Position numbers and translations under genes: made by a program
Assembly: GCA_051294905.1 (NCBI GenBank)
Contig: CM119372.1
Location: 372,001 to 436,000 of the forward strand
DNA: 64,000 bases
Direction: 5' to 3'
Source of the DNA: Botryllus schlosseri
Lineage: Eukaryota
Shown: positions 62,010 through 64,000 of the stretch, one piece after another
Layout of the letters: every line of letters starts with the position of its first letter
Numbering within the stretch: position 1 is the stretch's first letter
The notes under the pieces: generated by a model
The model's input: the letters and a program-made list of their open reading frames with translations, nothing else
Databases searched by the model: none
What the model was told of the DNA's origin: nothing

Positions 62010-62547
62010 GCCTAGGCGATGTAAAGAGGAGGCTGTAAGTCTGAAAATTTTGAAAAAGTGTCTTATTTTCAGATTCCCAAAATATGGTAACTATTTTTGG
62101 CAATACCAGTGATTGAAATGAAGCGATTTCGGACCAGTAACAAACGCTTTCTCCTATATATTCGTCTGTACAAAATCGAGTGTAGGGTAAGGTGGATTCG
62201 TCATTCAATGCTTTGGAGAGGAAGACAGAGTGCTTGTCAAATGCCAATAATGGTCATAGTCGTTACAACGAAAGTCTGTGCTCTGTCAATCATTCCGATG
62301 TGCTTCGTAGGCAAAGCCACTCAACTATGTCGTATTAATAATAATAATAATAACATGTAGAACTAGAGGGAATGGTAAAAGTAGTATTATAATTATAATA
62401 ATTTTATTATGATTGTGATAATATAAGAATTTAATTAGTAAAATACAGACAATGTATGTTTGTCACAGTTTCAGATAAAATTCTGTTGGCATTGTCACTT
62501 TGACACTTTCCTGAATCAATATGCGTTTTCAGTTCAGGGTACGTAAG

Positions 62548-64000
62548 ATGGAAAACAGCAGGGTTCTATTCTCAATATTGTACTGGCTGTGCGCTTTCTT
62601 GTTCGTTGTGGGACCTGCGGAGATAAAAAGCGCCGGGATAACCGTGGAAAACCTTTTTTCTTCGTGGATCGGACGGGAAGATGTAGACTTTGTCAACTTT
62701 CACATCAAGAGGCTTTCCTTCACTGCTGCGGTGCACAGCGCTCTTCCTATCGGTAGGTTCTCATATAATAGGCACCGGATCCCGATTTCATCACACCAGA
62801 CTTGTACGTACAAACTACTGCATAGATTTTCAAAAACCTTCAACTAGAACTCGGAACTATATTAATTTTTCACAACCTGCAACTAGAACTAGACCTAGTA
62901 ATTTTGCAAAACTTGCAACTAGAACTAGAACCAAGTCCTTTAAAAGTCCTCAACTTAGAACTTTCTAAAACATGTTAGCTATAATTAACTATAATAACTG
63001 ATAATGCAAATTACTGATAGAATCGGCATTCCATAAGGATTGCGCTTCTAGTTTGGAATGAGAGAGGGAGAGGTTTCGACCCCAAAACTCACCCCCTGGC
63101 TACGCCACTTTTAGTAGTGATGATTCTGAGATAGAAATATATGCAAGAACATCACACAATAGAACACCGGTATCAAAATTCGTGCCAAACGACGTCACAT
63201 GTTTTTTAGTTCTTCTACTACTAAATTATTTTTTAACTAGAACCACTCACTTTTCAAAATCCATAACTAGAACTAAAACTACAAAAATAGCATTAGTTAG
63301 ATAACCGTCAACTAACTAGATTGATAGTTTATACGTGTCTGCATCACGACTGACAAAGTTCATATTCCAATACGTGTTTTCCTTTTTGCTTCTCCAACTT
63401 TTCAAAGTGCATGTCTCTATTTACTTCACCTAGGCCGAGGTGTCTGATTTCAATGACTACTCCAAGACGTCTCCACACCTCCCTGTCCTGTCATTGCATC
63501 ACAGTCTTGCTGCGATTTGAAAATGATATCATTATTAACGACAAACTCACATTTTTCCAGGGTATTTCCTCGGAATGACATGCGTTTCTGATTCTGCCGC
63601 TAACATCTCGAGTCTGTTCAACGGGAGTTTAGAGTTTGGTTGGCAACTTTACGTTTGCACATCCATACTTTTGCACATTGCAGTTTTGACTATCATCTTT
63701 TACTGGAGCATGGACGACTGGTCTAACCATCCAATAGTTAAAGATATCAGCTTATATGTCAACCATAGAGGCTCTGAGGTTGCTCGATCTTCATGGAGAG
63801 TCCGTGGTAATGAAATCAGTAATGAATTCAGACGTATTGATAAGTACGCAACATCTTACACTGGGTGGAGCAGATTGATTGTGACGGAAAACTGGATTAT
63901 GATGACTGCGCTCTACAAAGTACGATTAGTACCGCAAGATAAAGTGACTCTCGCAGTAATGCAGTCAGAAGAGCATGATATCTCCCCGGAATCGAACTCC
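62548..64000 (+). CDS. TMEM129: E3 ubiquitin-protein ligase TM129 (ERAD), 5' part; continues past the right edge
   Basis: Exon 62548-62752 encodes MENSRVLFSILYWLCAFLFVVGPAEIKSAGITVENLFSSWIGREDVDFVNFHIKRLSFTAAVHSALPI. It joins in phase 1 to exon 63561->64000: GYFLGM...IFYWSMDDWSNHPIVK...NEFRRIDKYAT...RLIVTENWIMMTALYKV...HDISPESN. This matches TMEM129 motifs as I recall them (AGLTVQNLL, WLGSED, HSLLPLGY, EFRRIDKF, RVIVTDTW). Confidence 0.92.
62797..63340. repeat. MITE family C (CAGACTTGTAC end; CTAGTTCTAGTT arrays), representative copy
   Basis: Similar copies at about 1903-2768, 8786-9371, 14600-16240, 17390-17770, 21680-21900, 33640-33990, 35840-36030, 38833-39040, 54071-54170. Confidence 0.75.

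Overview
Intron-rich animal genomic DNA with low GC, CpG-rich exons, minimal introns of about 55-70 nt and a very dense load of short DNA transposons. It resembles an invertebrate chordate such as a tunicate, but that is inference only. Four protein-coding genes were reconstructed by hand with phase-consistent GT-AG junctions. (1) Minus strand: a two-domain angiotensin-converting-enzyme-like peptidase (M2 family); 24 exons are in the window and the 3' end runs off the left edge. (2) Minus strand: a complete 12-exon gene for a 546-aa, roughly six-TM membrane protein I cannot assign to any family. (3) Minus strand: a complete 17-exon, 681-aa Ca-binding mitochondrial aspartate/glutamate carrier (SLC25A12/13, aralar/citrin). 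(4) Plus strand: the first two coding exons of TMEM129, running off the right edge. Much of the non-coding sequence is nested non-autonomous transposons: many hAT-type MITE families with 8-bp target duplications, plus piggyBac-, Harbinger-, Merlin- and Chapaev3-like relics, a 5'-truncated CR1/L2-type LINE and a tRNA-derived SINE. The strongest leads are the unassigned six-TM gene, intron evidence that the ACE domain duplication is independent of the vertebrate one, two introns that look built or enlarged by local duplication of exon-junction sequence, and a set of MITE families that share one design but each use a different subterminal motif. No CRISPR array or prokaryote-type system was seen.
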